This document shows positions 40,127-50,909 of a stretch of 64,000 nucleotides of DNA, in pieces. The first letter of the stretch is position 1, and the number at the start of each line of letters is the position of its first letter. Source of the DNA: Candidatus Hodarchaeota archaeon. GTDB taxonomy: Archaea > Asgardarchaeota > Lokiarchaeia > Sigyniarchaeales > SOKP01. The stretch spans positions 288,001 to 352,000 of the forward strand of contig JBHLKM010000001.1 in NCBI GenBank assembly GCA_048886685.1. Reading direction: 5' to 3'. The notes under the pieces are model-generated. The model did not search any database. It was not told the DNA's origin and worked only from the letters and a program-made list of their open reading frames with translations. The position numbers and the translations under genes were made by a program.

Positions 40127-40699
40127 GTGAGAAAATTATTGGAAACCATTGAAGAACTCTTTACAAATTCCCTAAGTAGAATAAATTTCATGTTTAAAAA
40201 CGAAAAAATCACTACTATATGCATTAAAAGTTATAACGGGTTTACCTTATTAGGCGAATCTTTCGGACCTTACGAGAAAGGGAAAAAATATAAATTAAAG
40301 TTGTTTTCTGCTATACCTTTTATTGAAAATGATATTTTAGAGATAATACAATCAGAAAAATGTGATAATGTCGATGTTCAAAGATATGCTATTAGTGAAA
40401 GAGATGATCAAAAATTAATTCAACCAGTAGATAATTTTTTCTTGAATAAAATTAAGGAATTCAAGCAGTTCATGGTAGATGATATTAAGAAGAAAAAAAT
40501 ACCCCAGATTAATCTAGAACGTTATAATTCATATTCATTAAATATTGTTGATAATCGGTTGTTAAAATTATTGAAGTTAGCAAAAACGGAATTGTCTCTG
40601 GATGATGAAAGAAGATTAACAATTTCTGAGAAGTTGCTTTTTGAACTGTTGTTTAATCTCATTAAACATTGGAGGAATTTTTTTATAAACTCAAAATAA
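40127..40699 (+). CDS. GINS23-like DNA replication protein
   Basis: N-terminal GESFGPYEKG..L..AIPF beta domain, then helical RLLKLLKLA..LTISEK..W; close to mcm. Confidence 0.65.
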   Translation: MRKLLETIEELFTNSLSRINFMFKNEKITTICIKSYNGFTLLGESFGPYEKGKKYKLKLFSAIPFIENDILEIIQSEKCDNVDVQRYAISERDDQKLIQPVDNFFLNKIKEFKQFMVDDIKKKKIPQINLERYNSYSLNIVDNRLLKLLKLAKTELSLDDERRLTISEKLLFELLFNLIKHWRNFFINSK

Positions 40700-40731
40700 A
40701 ATGTGAGTTTTTCAGAGTTTAATTTAATTTT

Positions 40732-41409
40732 TTAGACTTTAGACATTTTAAATTCATTAGTTCCATACTTTTTAAAATAGGCTTCAATTTTTGAGATAAT
40801 AGTCTTATCAGGATTAAGATATGGTATTAGATCTATAGCATTACTCATTGCGTGATATGGTACACCTTTTTCTCTTACCGCAATTTCCACACTTTTCTTA
40901 TCTTCTCTTAATTCATTTCTATTAGTAAGACTAATTGCTGCAATGATTGATACATCAATTTGATTTAATTTATCAATAGTTTCAATTAAAGATCCTCCTG
41001 TAGTTGTAACATCTTCCAAAATAATAATCTTTCCCCGAGGTTTTCCCAAGAAAAATTTATCTTTTGGATCGCCATGCTCTTTTGGTTTAGCTCGCCCCAT
41101 TGATAATATATATGAACGTGTATTATAATCAGGTTGTTCTTTTGCCCATTTAAATTGACAAATAATTCCGAGCTTAGTAGCACCCTCTGGCACTCCATAA
41201 AAGCAATCAGGCTTTAAACCTAAATTTTTTATAAATGCGATAATAAAATTTGATAAAACATCAATTGAGTGTACATCTTGAGCAACATTTCTCCAATTTA
41301 CGTACCAGTATGAATGCCTACCAGATTTTAAAATTAAAGGTTCTTTGAAGAATCCAACTACATTTTGGCTTATTATGAATTTGTAAAAATCATCTCTATT
41401 CCATTTCAT
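40732..41409 (-). CDS. pyrE: Orotate phosphoribosyltransferase
   Basis: LKSGRHSYWY, RAKPKEHG and PRPP loop LEDVTTTGGS. Confidence 0.9.
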   Translation of the reverse strand: MKWNRDDFYKFIISQNVVGFFKEPLILKSGRHSYWYVNWRNVAQDVHSIDVLSNFIIAFIKNLGLKPDCFYGVPEGATKLGIICQFKWAKEQPDYNTRSYILSMGRAKPKEHGDPKDKFFLGKPRGKIIILEDVTTTGGSLIETIDKLNQIDVSIIAAISLTNRNELREDKKSVEIAVREKGVPYHAMSNAIDLIPYLNPDKTIISKIEAYFKKYGTNEFKMSKV

Positions 41410-41432
41410 ATAAAATCAAGTTCTTCTTTTTT

Positions 41433-41825
41433 TTAAGTTATAAGATTATTAAGAATTCTTTTTGCGCTTGCTGCTATTGTCTTATTAATGTTTTTAGTGA
41501 GATTTTCTATTATTGGTTCTATTGGTTTTATTGCTCCTATGTTAGTTTCTGAGAGTTCTTCAAAGGAAGAGAGGAGGGAAATAATAGAATCGTTAGTAGA
41601 ATCCTCGAAAGTTTCTTTTATTCTAGGAATAGCTATATTGTTTAATATATCATCAAGATAATTGGAAATTTCCTTCTCTACATTTGGATCTCGATAACTT
41701 TTTAGTTTGCTTCGCATGTCTTCCACAAATTTCAAGGGTAATTCAATTGGCCAATCCAGTATTTTTTCCTTATCGATTAATTGGACAATGCCCCCATCTT
41801 TTTTATGAAAAATTTTTATATCCAA
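41433..41825 (-). CDS. Hypothetical protein
   Basis: 130-aa ORF overlapping the top6A stop; co-oriented, normal composition. Confidence 0.7.
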   Translation of the reverse strand: MDIKIFHKKDGGIVQLIDKEKILDWPIELPLKFVEDMRSKLKSYRDPNVEKEISNYLDDILNNIAIPRIKETFEDSTNDSIISLLSSFEELSETNIGAIKPIEPIIENLTKNINKTIAASAKRILNNLIT

Positions 41826-43003
41826 TCACCTGTAGTTAATTTTTCTGGTAAATAATCATCTGTTAAAAATTTGAAACCATGAGATGCAAAGGCTTGGATT
41901 TCTGCTTTTTCTTTCTTTTTCAGAGCTAATTTTAGATCTAATTCCCAAGCTTTATTAATTTTTACGAAATCCTCTTGTAAAAGATCTTTTGTTCGTTTTT
42001 CATCTTGTTTATTCATTTTTATCCTAGCTTCTGTCGGAATTTTATATTTATCTAAATCTCGAGTCAAGACTCCAAGAAGTTTAATATTTGGAGTAGCAAG
42101 GAAAGGTGATTCATAACTCAATCTTTTGGAACCTCTTAAATAAACAGAGTGAATGTAATGTCCATAAGGATCACTATCAACTAAAGTAAAAGTTGGTAAA
42201 TTGAGCTCTTTATTTAACCTTTTCAAAAACATACGAGTAGCTACATTTCCAACTCCTTGAGCTGTTATCAAAATACAAGGATATTTTCGCCAAAATCGTG
42301 CCTCGGAAAGTCGCATCATCGCGGCATTTTTTTCAATTACTAAAATAAATTCAGCATCCGATTCAATTATTTCTATTTGATCTAAGAATGGAGATATTGT
42401 CCAACCGCCACTACCTTGGCCTTCTAGATCAATAATATCTGTTTGATCTCTTATTCTTAATCTACCAACACATGAACCTCTTGGAGCTGCGACAATATGA
42501 GTAGAATTTCTAGTAGTGTACAACATTGTGGCAACATCTTCAATACTTTTATCACTGTTTTTTTGCTCCTTGAATAGATTTACATCAGTATAAAAGACTT
42601 CTCTTTTTGTAGCATGAAGATTTTCGTTTAGAAGTTCTGTTACAACTTCAAGAATTCTCATTAAGCGCGTTATATCTGCAACACTAGTCAGGGTATGAAA
42701 TTGTTTCTCCATAATTTGTTTTCCAAGTAATAATAGATCATTTTCTTCATCCCATCTAATATTTGAACTTGATCTTGAAGGTAGCTGAATCGAAGGTCTT
42801 CCTGTCGTATAAATTTTAGTTAGCACATCATCTACTAATTTATACAACCTTGATAGTACTTCTTTTCTATTTAAGTCATCGATCTTTACAGCATCCACTG
42901 GAAATTCGACTTCCTTTTTCACTTGCCCTTTATCTATGTAATCATTGAATAAATCCTTAGCTGCTTTTAAATCAAAATTTTTCATTTTTTGTTTTTGAGA
43001 CAT
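41816..43003 (-). CDS. top6A: DNA topoisomerase VI subunit A
   Basis: TKREVFY (catalytic Tyr), TOPRIM VIEK and DSDPYG, KAEIQA. Confidence 0.96.
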   Translation of the reverse strand: MSQKQKMKNFDLKAAKDLFNDYIDKGQVKKEVEFPVDAVKIDDLNRKEVLSRLYKLVDDVLTKIYTTGRPSIQLPSRSSSNIRWDEENDLLLLGKQIMEKQFHTLTSVADITRLMRILEVVTELLNENLHATKREVFYTDVNLFKEQKNSDKSIEDVATMLYTTRNSTHIVAAPRGSCVGRLRIRDQTDIIDLEGQGSGGWTISPFLDQIEIIESDAEFILVIEKNAAMMRLSEARFWRKYPCILITAQGVGNVATRMFLKRLNKELNLPTFTLVDSDPYGHYIHSVYLRGSKRLSYESPFLATPNIKLLGVLTRDLDKYKIPTEARIKMNKQDEKRTKDLLQEDFVKINKAWELDLKLALKKKEKAEIQAFASHGFKFLTDDYLPEKLTTGDWI

Positions 43004-43018
43004 ATATTTCGCCTTGTT

Positions 43019-46000
43019 TTATTTTAATTTCCATTGTTTCCTACCCATTTTTATATCAACTAAAACCTCTCCCTTCCGCTCCAATTCTTTGAGTTTAAGT
43101 TGAAGATACCTCGCATCCATCATGTCTTTTATTTTTAACTTAAAAATAAGATGTTTTATAGTTTGCCATTCGTATGTTAACACATTTAGTATTCTATCAG
43201 TGGTTATAATTGGTAGCGTAGTTTGAGTTGATTTTGGTTTTGAAGGTGTCGGTCGGGGTTTGATGCTTACAGGTTTTTGCTTTACTGCAACTTTGACTAG
43301 TTTAGGTTTTGCTGTAATGATTTCTGATACTTTAGGTTTAGGTACTTCTGGTTTATGCGAAATTTTTTCAACTGTAAAAGATTCTAATATTTTTTCAATT
43401 ATCTCATTTTTCCTTGCTTTAGAATGTATTCTAATTTCTTTTTGTTCGCAATATTCCTTTAGTTCTTTGATTGTCCAATTATTTAAAGTCTTTTTAGAAA
43501 TTGTTTCTTTCTCGACAATAGGTTTCTTTATAGGGGATACTTCTTTTATTACAATAGGTTCTTCCTTCACTTCTTTTTCTACTTCTACTTTTTCAATCTC
43601 AGGCTTTTCAGGTCCCTCTATCTCAAGTTTTTCAGGCTCCTTTATCTCGGGTTTTTCAAGCATCAATTCAGGTTCAATCATAGGGACTGGTTTTTTTCCA
43701 ATTGCGCCCTTCATCAAATTTATGATTTCTTCAAGTTTGAGTTCAGATTTATATTTACTCTCTCCTTTGGATGCGATATTATAAACACTTTCTGCAAAAA
43801 TGGGGATATATTTTTCAATCAAACTAGCTCTTTTTTCAGTTTGACGAAGACTTGCTTTTCTATTAAGATATATCCTTAATCTTCGCCCTATTGATTCAAG
43901 GCAGAATTTTATTTCTTTGATTAAATCCTCATCATCAGCTAATGCATTTTTCGATTGAGATTTGAACATAAGATGTACAAATGGTCCAGAAACATTCACC
44001 AGTAATTTTATTGGTCCTTTTGGTAAGCCATTATCATAAGTTTCAAGTTTATAATTTTTCCAATTTACTGATTGAACTGCTTTCGTTATAGCGCAATCTG
44101 CACTGTCCCTTAATTTAGGAGTTCTATTCACAAATCTGGATAATACATCTCTAGAACGTTTTGGAACTTCAATATTTCTTGAATGTGCCATAACAGCCTC
44201 TACCACATAGGCCAATCCTTTTCCGCTTGTGGGTGCTCTAGTTTCTGCTGCTACAAAATCATCATCTTTTCCATAACTTTCAATAAAATATTCAAATACT
44301 TGTTGATAGCTATCTATTGAATCCTCTTCAGTAAAGACTATAAGATCATTAATTGATTGCTGAATTTGGGAGGATTCTAATTTTTCATCGACTATATCAA
44401 TAGTTCCTATTATCTCAGAACTCAAATTGACAATTTCTTCTGAATCTACTGAAATATCATTAATTATTTCAGTACTAATTTTAGGATCTTCATCTAATAA
44501 AGTTTTTTTCTTATCTTCAATTATTATATCCCCCGTTTGACTTAATATTTCTATTGGTTCATCAAAATTATCAATACCCTGAGAAATTTTTAATCCTATT
44601 TCCTTTATCAATGTATTTTCTAATATTGATTCACCTACAGGAATCGCTGTGTCTGTGGGAGGCGCCATGTATTTCATTGATTTAAAAGCAAGAAAAAGAG
44701 AGTTAAATTGTTCCTTTGTTAACTCAATTGGTTTTGCTTTAGAGATTTGAACTTTCTGAACTAAATCTTCAAATTCATTTCTATTTTTAATCTTTTTAAG
44801 TTCCAATAAACCACTTTTATTTAAGGCTAATAGCCCGTTTAATTCAAGTTTAATCTTTTCCTTTTCTTCACTAATTTCATCTATATTTTTCAACAATTTT
44901 TTAATTTCTTTTTCATAATTTTTTCGTTCTTTAATTGTCTCAACCTTTTCAATGTATTTATTTAGGGTTTTTATTTCTTTATTAATTTTTTCATGGTTTT
45001 TCTCATTTTTTGTATAGGTGGAGATTAAATCCCAATATTTCTCTTTAAGCTCCTCAGAAGTTATTTGGTATATTATTAATTTGTCCCTCATTTTGGTAGA
45101 ACGACCGTAAACTCTTTTTTCCATTACAAGATAATAAACTTGTTCAGTTTTTTTCTTAATTTTACTTACAAACCCATCCTTAAGGATTAGAAGATTAAAT
45201 TTATCCTGGAGATCCTTTTCAGCCATATCAATAATTTCCTTAGCTGTTTTTGAACTAATTCGTACAAAATTATCTTTTAGGAATGCTGAAAGGGATTTAT
45301 TTTCTGATTTAGCAACTAAATCTTGGAGATCACCAATATTAACTGATGATGGATGAGGTTTTGCATATTTTGGTTCTTTTGGAAAAGCAGAAGCTAGACG
45401 GCGATAAATTTTTTCTTTACCATCGGGATCGATGTAGATTACTGTGATATGTGGGTTCATAAAGGCGGTTTCTTCAATATATTTTTCAACATACCCTTTA
45501 ACATATTTAACATTTAAGTAATTCAACTTTACGTAAGTCCCATGTAAGAATGGACTGTCAATATCAGTTGGATGTATTAGATATTTCTTTTCGTTCTTAG
45601 ATGTGGTAAAAAATTCATTAACTGTAGCATAAACATTTTCAGAGGACTTAGAGACTGCAACAATGGGTCTACCAGTAGTATTTTGAGCATCGCTAAAGGC
45701 GCTTGGGGCTCCAAATCCTTGGCTACCTCTTGTTTGTTTTAATTCCATTGATTTTGATGAGGCAAGATACCTTCCAAATTTTCTCAAATCGATTTTTGAC
45801 ATCCCGGTTCCATTATCAAAAATCTCAAATGTATAACTCATTACATTTTTCTGACTTATCTCTGAGGTTAAGAGTGATGGCGCTTCATATTCTCTTATAC
45901 GTACTATAACAATAGGTTCTACATCAATAATATTTTCAACAGGTTTAATGATTTCTTGCATATCATCGATGATTCTTTGTACTTCTTCTTCTATCTCCAA

Positions 46001-46411
46001 CTCATTTTCATTACTTATTTCCCCAGATTCCTCTTCCTTTATTTCTGGTTCTATTATAATAGGTTCTTCTGAATCCTGTGTCTCAATACCTAATTCTTGC
46101 ATTAATGTGTGTTTAGCTTCATTGTCTAAATGTTGCGTCTTTTTTTCCTCCTTTGCTGCTTCAACAATAGAAAATTTTTCTAAAAATAGTTCTTGATCCA
46201 AAGAAAACTTAATTTTTGAATCTGGTTTTTCTAATTCTCTCCATTGGAAACTTTCGATGGCATCAAGCGCATTATCTATAAATTCTGCACAATATTGAAC
46301 GTGCTTCCAATACCCAAACTCAAAACCAACTAATTGGGTACGCTTTCGCATATATTCTGCTATTGTACCTTGCTTTATTTTGCCTTCTTCTTTTGTTGTA
46401 ATTTTTAACAC
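43019..46411 (-). CDS. top6B: DNA topoisomerase VI subunit B, greatly extended (1130 aa)
   Basis: EFIDNALDA, DNGTGM, TRGSQGFG, KPHP, RFVNRTP, WKNY and FKSQSK; adjacent to top6A. Confidence 0.93.
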   Translation of the reverse strand: MLKITTKEEGKIKQGTIAEYMRKRTQLVGFEFGYWKHVQYCAEFIDNALDAIESFQWRELEKPDSKIKFSLDQELFLEKFSIVEAAKEEKKTQHLDNEAKHTLMQELGIETQDSEEPIIIEPEIKEEESGEISNENELEIEEEVQRIIDDMQEIIKPVENIIDVEPIVIVRIREYEAPSLLTSEISQKNVMSYTFEIFDNGTGMSKIDLRKFGRYLASSKSMELKQTRGSQGFGAPSAFSDAQNTTGRPIVAVSKSSENVYATVNEFFTTSKNEKKYLIHPTDIDSPFLHGTYVKLNYLNVKYVKGYVEKYIEETAFMNPHITVIYIDPDGKEKIYRRLASAFPKEPKYAKPHPSSVNIGDLQDLVAKSENKSLSAFLKDNFVRISSKTAKEIIDMAEKDLQDKFNLLILKDGFVSKIKKKTEQVYYLVMEKRVYGRSTKMRDKLIIYQITSEELKEKYWDLISTYTKNEKNHEKINKEIKTLNKYIEKVETIKERKNYEKEIKKLLKNIDEISEEKEKIKLELNGLLALNKSGLLELKKIKNRNEFEDLVQKVQISKAKPIELTKEQFNSLFLAFKSMKYMAPPTDTAIPVGESILENTLIKEIGLKISQGIDNFDEPIEILSQTGDIIIEDKKKTLLDEDPKISTEIINDISVDSEEIVNLSSEIIGTIDIVDEKLESSQIQQSINDLIVFTEEDSIDSYQQVFEYFIESYGKDDDFVAAETRAPTSGKGLAYVVEAVMAHSRNIEVPKRSRDVLSRFVNRTPKLRDSADCAITKAVQSVNWKNYKLETYDNGLPKGPIKLLVNVSGPFVHLMFKSQSKNALADDEDLIKEIKFCLESIGRRLRIYLNRKASLRQTEKRASLIEKYIPIFAESVYNIASKGESKYKSELKLEEIINLMKGAIGKKPVPMIEPELMLEKPEIKEPEKLEIEGPEKPEIEKVEVEKEVKEEPIVIKEVSPIKKPIVEKETISKKTLNNWTIKELKEYCEQKEIRIHSKARKNEIIEKILESFTVEKISHKPEVPKPKVSEIITAKPKLVKVAVKQKPVSIKPRPTPSKPKSTQTTLPIITTDRILNVLTYEWQTIKHLIFKLKIKDMMDARYLQLKLKELERKGEVLVDIKMGRKQWKLK

Positions 46412-46655
46412 GCTCTTGTTCTTTTATCTCATTAATCTTTTAAACTAAATAATTATATAAATACGTTTAGTGATCATTTTTTGTCATATTGTAACAAATA
46501 TAAACTAAACATCTTGGTCTTTTACAAACTGTAGAATCTTCACTTACTTCTTCACTTTTTACTGTAATTAAATTAGTATTTAAATATTTTCCTTAAATAG
46601 AAAATTAAAACAGAAATTTAATTACTAATAAGCAAGAAATTAGAAACTTTAGGTA

Positions 46656-47945
46656 TTAATCGGATTTAGAATCTTTAATTTTTTCAGCTTCTAAAGCAAC
46701 ATCAAGAATTTTAGATGCGATATATCTTTTAGTGTTTCTCTCAACATGAGTAATATGTTTTTTGTTATCTATAATATATACTTCGTTGTATTTGCTGCTA
46801 AATCCAATATCTTCTCTACCGATATCATTTGCAACAATCAAATCTACTTCAGATTTCTTAAGTCTATTATATGCTCTGTTTATTAATTCTGTTCTGGAAA
46901 CGTTTGATTCCGCTTTGAATGCAACGATAAATAAATTATAATCCTTTTTTCTTGCTACATTTATGATTTTTGGTGTGAGCTTCATATTAAGTTGTATCTC
47001 TTCTACATTGTCAGAAGAAATCTTACCTTCAATACATTCTATTGGTTTGTAATCACTAATAGCAGCAGCAGATATAAAAAAGTCATAACTTTTATATGAG
47101 ATTTCATCTTTGACAGCTTTAATAAAGTCTTCAGTAGATATAACGTGAATCGTTTCAATATATTCAGGGAGTTTAGCTCTACATTCTCCTGCAATTAATA
47201 TTACTTCAGCACCTCTAGCAGCAGCTTCTTTTGCTATTTCTATTCCCATTTTTCCAGATGACTTATTTGAAACGAATCGAACAGAATCAATGGCTTCTCT
47301 AGTTGGTCCAGCAGTGATTAGCACTTTTTTGCCTTCATAATCTTTTTTAGTAACCAAAATATCAATGACTCTATCAATAATATCATCAATTCGGGCAATT
47401 TTTGCTTTTCCCTCTGAAATTCTTGGTCTTAAAATCTCCACTCCGCATTCTCTCAATTTACTTTCATTTTCTTTAAGAATTGGATGTTTGTACATACTCT
47501 CGTGCATTGCTGGTACAATAACAATAGGTATAGAAGACCCAAATGCGGTTGATGTGACTGTTGTTACAGGGGTATCATCAATACCACAAGCTATTTTTGA
47601 GATCGTATTTGCTGTAGCAGGACAAATTAAAATAATATCTGCCTTTCCCACAGTTTTTGGTCTATCACCCGCTAGATAAATATGTTCAACTGCTCCAGTC
47701 AAATTAGTAATTACTTTATTTCCTGTTGCCCATTCCATTAATGAAGGATTTAATAGTTCTGTTGCTGCCTTTGACATAACACAAATCACTTCAGCACCTA
47801 ACCTCATAAGTTCTCGTGCTACTATTGGGGAGGATATAACTGCAACTGAGCCAGTTAAACACATACAAACAGTCTTTCCTCTTAAAATAGTCCCCTTACT
47901 TTCTACTATATCCTTAGAAGGATGTTGAAAATTATTTTTTTTCAT
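46656..47945 (-). CDS. coaBC: Phosphopantothenoylcysteine decarboxylase/ligase
   Basis: PATANTISK, PAMHESM, TAGPTRE..DSVRFVSNKSSGKMG and AAAISDY. Confidence 0.97.
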   Translation of the reverse strand: MKKNNFQHPSKDIVESKGTILRGKTVCMCLTGSVAVISSPIVARELMRLGAEVICVMSKAATELLNPSLMEWATGNKVITNLTGAVEHIYLAGDRPKTVGKADIILICPATANTISKIACGIDDTPVTTVTSTAFGSSIPIVIVPAMHESMYKHPILKENESKLRECGVEILRPRISEGKAKIARIDDIIDRVIDILVTKKDYEGKKVLITAGPTREAIDSVRFVSNKSSGKMGIEIAKEAAARGAEVILIAGECRAKLPEYIETIHVISTEDFIKAVKDEISYKSYDFFISAAAISDYKPIECIEGKISSDNVEEIQLNMKLTPKIINVARKKDYNLFIVAFKAESNVSRTELINRAYNRLKKSEVDLIVANDIGREDIGFSSKYNEVYIIDNKKHITHVERNTKRYIASKILDVALEAEKIKDSKSD

Positions 47946-48223
47946 TTTTTTGAGAATTTTATTATCTATTTCTCAATTTAACTTTCAGAATCTATTAAAG
48001 ATAAAATTTATGCAAAATAAAAAGATATTCATATAAAAAAAATAAGTATCTATTATTCCTTTGCTAAGATTTTAATAAAATTAGAATAGATATTAATTTT
48101 CTCTGATCTCTATATTTCTAATTATTTTAGTGGATTTTAAATATTTTAAGCGCAATTATAATACAATTTTTCACAAAATTGATTGATAAGTAATGCAAAA
48201 GATATGTGATCTACATATTCATA

Positions 48224-48412
48224 TTGAACTACTACTATCTAAAGGCAAGTAGCTTCTTCTTTCCTTAAGAATTGCTGATTAATCAGTCTTACATTCTCTC
48301 TAAAAGCAAACCCCGTAGTTCCTACGGTTCTATCATTATTTTTAATGATCTTGATATGGTTCTTCTTCAAAATTTCTATACCTTTACTTCGAATATTAAT
48401 AGAAGCATTAAT
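48224..48412 (-). mobile_element. Degenerate IS200/IS605-family remnant: tnpB 3' end plus right end
   Basis: Translates to INASINIRSKG...TVGTTGFAFRENVR...KEEATCL, the typical TnpB C-tail. Ends GAAGCTACTTGCCTTTAGATAGTAGTAGTTCAA, resembling a decayed right-end hairpin plus TTCA(A) terminus. Recognised from recall, not a search. Confidence 0.65.
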
Positions 48413-48547
48413 TTGGGAGGGAAGAAATAACTTTGAAGGTATATCTGAAGATTTAGTCAATGCAATAAATAGAATTAGGGAATAAAATTTTTGGTTTGTA
48501 CTTGGGTATGATGCAAATTGTGGAAAGTTTCAATTTAATGCCTAAAA

Positions 48548-50902
48548 CTATACTTTGATAATTTCATCAATAATCATTAGATTCAAATTCAATTTCAAGG
48601 CAAAATCTTGGAATTTTTTAAATTTTTCTGGTTTAATAGATAATAATGCTTCAAAGTGTAATATGTTCGAGAATTTTTGACCGTAATAAGTCTTTTTAAT
48701 TTCAGAGATGTTATATCGTGGTCCATTACCATCATTAAATCTTACTATTCGGGTTGATTCAAATTCTTCTTTCCTAATCTTTAAAATCTTATCAGCATAT
48801 TTAAAAAATTGAGTGTTCCTTAATTTCTTTAAGTCAAAAATCTTGGTACTTCCAAGATCCCGTTTATTTAAAATTTCTTTTATAAATAGATGGGTTCTAT
48901 TTAAGAATTCTGTTCTAAATTCATTTAAATTCATATCTGGATGAAGAATATCTTTTGAGATTTCTGAATAAGGTAAGGTTAATCCATTTAATTCATTAGT
49001 TAAACCTAGTAATATAAGGATTTGATCAGATTTGCTTTCAAAATCTGACTTTATTTCTTCAAAAATATATTCCTTCTCTTTAAAAATAAAATTAAATAGA
49101 AATTCTCTAAAGGCTTGAACGAATTGAGTATAATTAGGGATAAATGATTTATTTTCGTTATTGGTAATTATTTCATTAGCGTGAAATGGACTCATTTCTT
49201 TATTAATTACGGCTCTTACAAGGGATAAAGGATAATATCCTTCTATAAAGGTCATACCTTTCGCAACACTTATAATGGCATCTTTGAAAGAACATTTAGT
49301 GATAATATTAACTATTTTAATTATATTGCTTTCAATTTTAACTGGAGTTTTCTTACAATAACAAAGATCAAATGGTTTTAGATCATGAAATAAGGGATTA
49401 TTTTGATCCGGTATAATTATTTGAGAACCGTAGGCATTCACAATACTACCTTGAATTGGTTTGTTAGCTAGGTCCCATTCAATGATAATAACATCCTCAG
49501 AATATTTCTGTTCATCCTCATAGCTAAATTCAATATTTTTTGTTAGTAAAGAGAATCCATCAATTGGATTAATTAAATTATCAGAATCTCCCCAAAATTG
49601 GGTTTTATAATAATTTACATCCTGAAAAGTACTTATATCGTCCAAAAACAGTTCCTTCATAATAAAATAATTAATACCAATTTCGGAAGACTTGATAGTT
49701 TGTTCATTTAGCCCAAAAAAGCCAATACGAGATATTATGTAACTGTATACAGGTTTTTCTAAATTATCATCAAGGTGGTTTACAATATATGCATTTCTTT
49801 TTTTTCTAAATTCTCCATTTGTTTTTTTTATATTATATTTTTCTATTAGTAATTTCAAAAAGGCAAATTTTTTCAAATATAATTTTTTTTCAAGATGTTT
49901 TATTTCTGTTTTGTATTTCTTATATTCACTAAGAAACTTATCTTTAGGAATTTCTATAATCTGAAATTGCCTTTTCAATAGCTTTAATTTATCAATTAAA
50001 CAAAAACTATCAATTTCAGACAAAAAATAATTTAATAATTTACTTTTTAATGAATTTAGTTGATCTTGGGTAAAGATTCCCTTAAAATTGGGATTATACT
50101 TAATTAATTCCCTATTATTCTTTTTAATAAGATAGATTGAAAAGTAATTCTCATTAAAATAAGAACTATTAACCAATTTCTTTAGTTTATCAAAATAGGG
50201 AGCAATAAATGAAACATTTCTAAAATTTAGAATAGAATCAATTGATTCAATAATTCTAAGGATGTTAAAAAATGAATATTCATGAATAACATTTAAAAAT
50301 TTTTTAAATCCTATGTTCACAATTTCATCGAATTTAAAGATATCTTTAGAGCCATTTTCATATCCATGTTTTAAGAACTCAAAAAATTCAATAAATAAAT
50401 TATTCTCGGTTGCAATCGTTAAATAATCCTTTATAGCAGATTCATTTTCAAATTGACTAATAATTGCCTTTTTCAAATAGTTGAGTGCTTCAACACAATT
50501 ATTGTTCTCAATACAATTATTGGCTAATAATTGATAATTTTTACCCTTTTTTTTAGAGCCAAAATCATCAGATGTAAGATTATATCCCTCCATGTTCTTT
50601 AATATTTTCTCAGAATGTTGTTTATTAATGATTGAGAGCAATTTAATAAAATGGACACAGATTTTTTTATCCTTCTCTGAATGAATCAAGAAAAGAGGGC
50701 AATCGTGAAAAATTTCATTTTTTTTCTCATTTATTATAAGGTGATATTCACGGTCATTATCCAAGATAATGCTTCTGATCTTTAGTGGATCTTCTCGTAA
50801 ATAGAAAACATTTATCTTATTTCTAGGAAATTTAAGAGTTTTTTGATAGAGGTTTAAGCCAAATTTATCGATTATTAAACTTGAAGTTGATTTAGTTGTC
50901 AT
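48548..50902 (-). CDS. Large hypothetical protein with N-terminal SWIM-like zinc finger
   Basis: HDCPLF-x9-ICVH motif; lies downstream of the AAA+/vWA pair. Confidence 0.65.
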   Translation of the reverse strand: MTTKSTSSLIIDKFGLNLYQKTLKFPRNKINVFYLREDPLKIRSIILDNDREYHLIINEKKNEIFHDCPLFLIHSEKDKKICVHFIKLLSIINKQHSEKILKNMEGYNLTSDDFGSKKKGKNYQLLANNCIENNNCVEALNYLKKAIISQFENESAIKDYLTIATENNLFIEFFEFLKHGYENGSKDIFKFDEIVNIGFKKFLNVIHEYSFFNILRIIESIDSILNFRNVSFIAPYFDKLKKLVNSSYFNENYFSIYLIKKNNRELIKYNPNFKGIFTQDQLNSLKSKLLNYFLSEIDSFCLIDKLKLLKRQFQIIEIPKDKFLSEYKKYKTEIKHLEKKLYLKKFAFLKLLIEKYNIKKTNGEFRKKRNAYIVNHLDDNLEKPVYSYIISRIGFFGLNEQTIKSSEIGINYFIMKELFLDDISTFQDVNYYKTQFWGDSDNLINPIDGFSLLTKNIEFSYEDEQKYSEDVIIIEWDLANKPIQGSIVNAYGSQIIIPDQNNPLFHDLKPFDLCYCKKTPVKIESNIIKIVNIITKCSFKDAIISVAKGMTFIEGYYPLSLVRAVINKEMSPFHANEIITNNENKSFIPNYTQFVQAFREFLFNFIFKEKEYIFEEIKSDFESKSDQILILLGLTNELNGLTLPYSEISKDILHPDMNLNEFRTEFLNRTHLFIKEILNKRDLGSTKIFDLKKLRNTQFFKYADKILKIRKEEFESTRIVRFNDGNGPRYNISEIKKTYYGQKFSNILHFEALLSIKPEKFKKFQDFALKLNLNLMIIDEIIKV

Positions 50903-50909
50903 TTTAATA

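Noticed and set aside
48239-48460. 73-aa ORF as a real gene
   Set aside because: Mostly the residual C-terminal frame of a tnpB remnant, with no credible start context.
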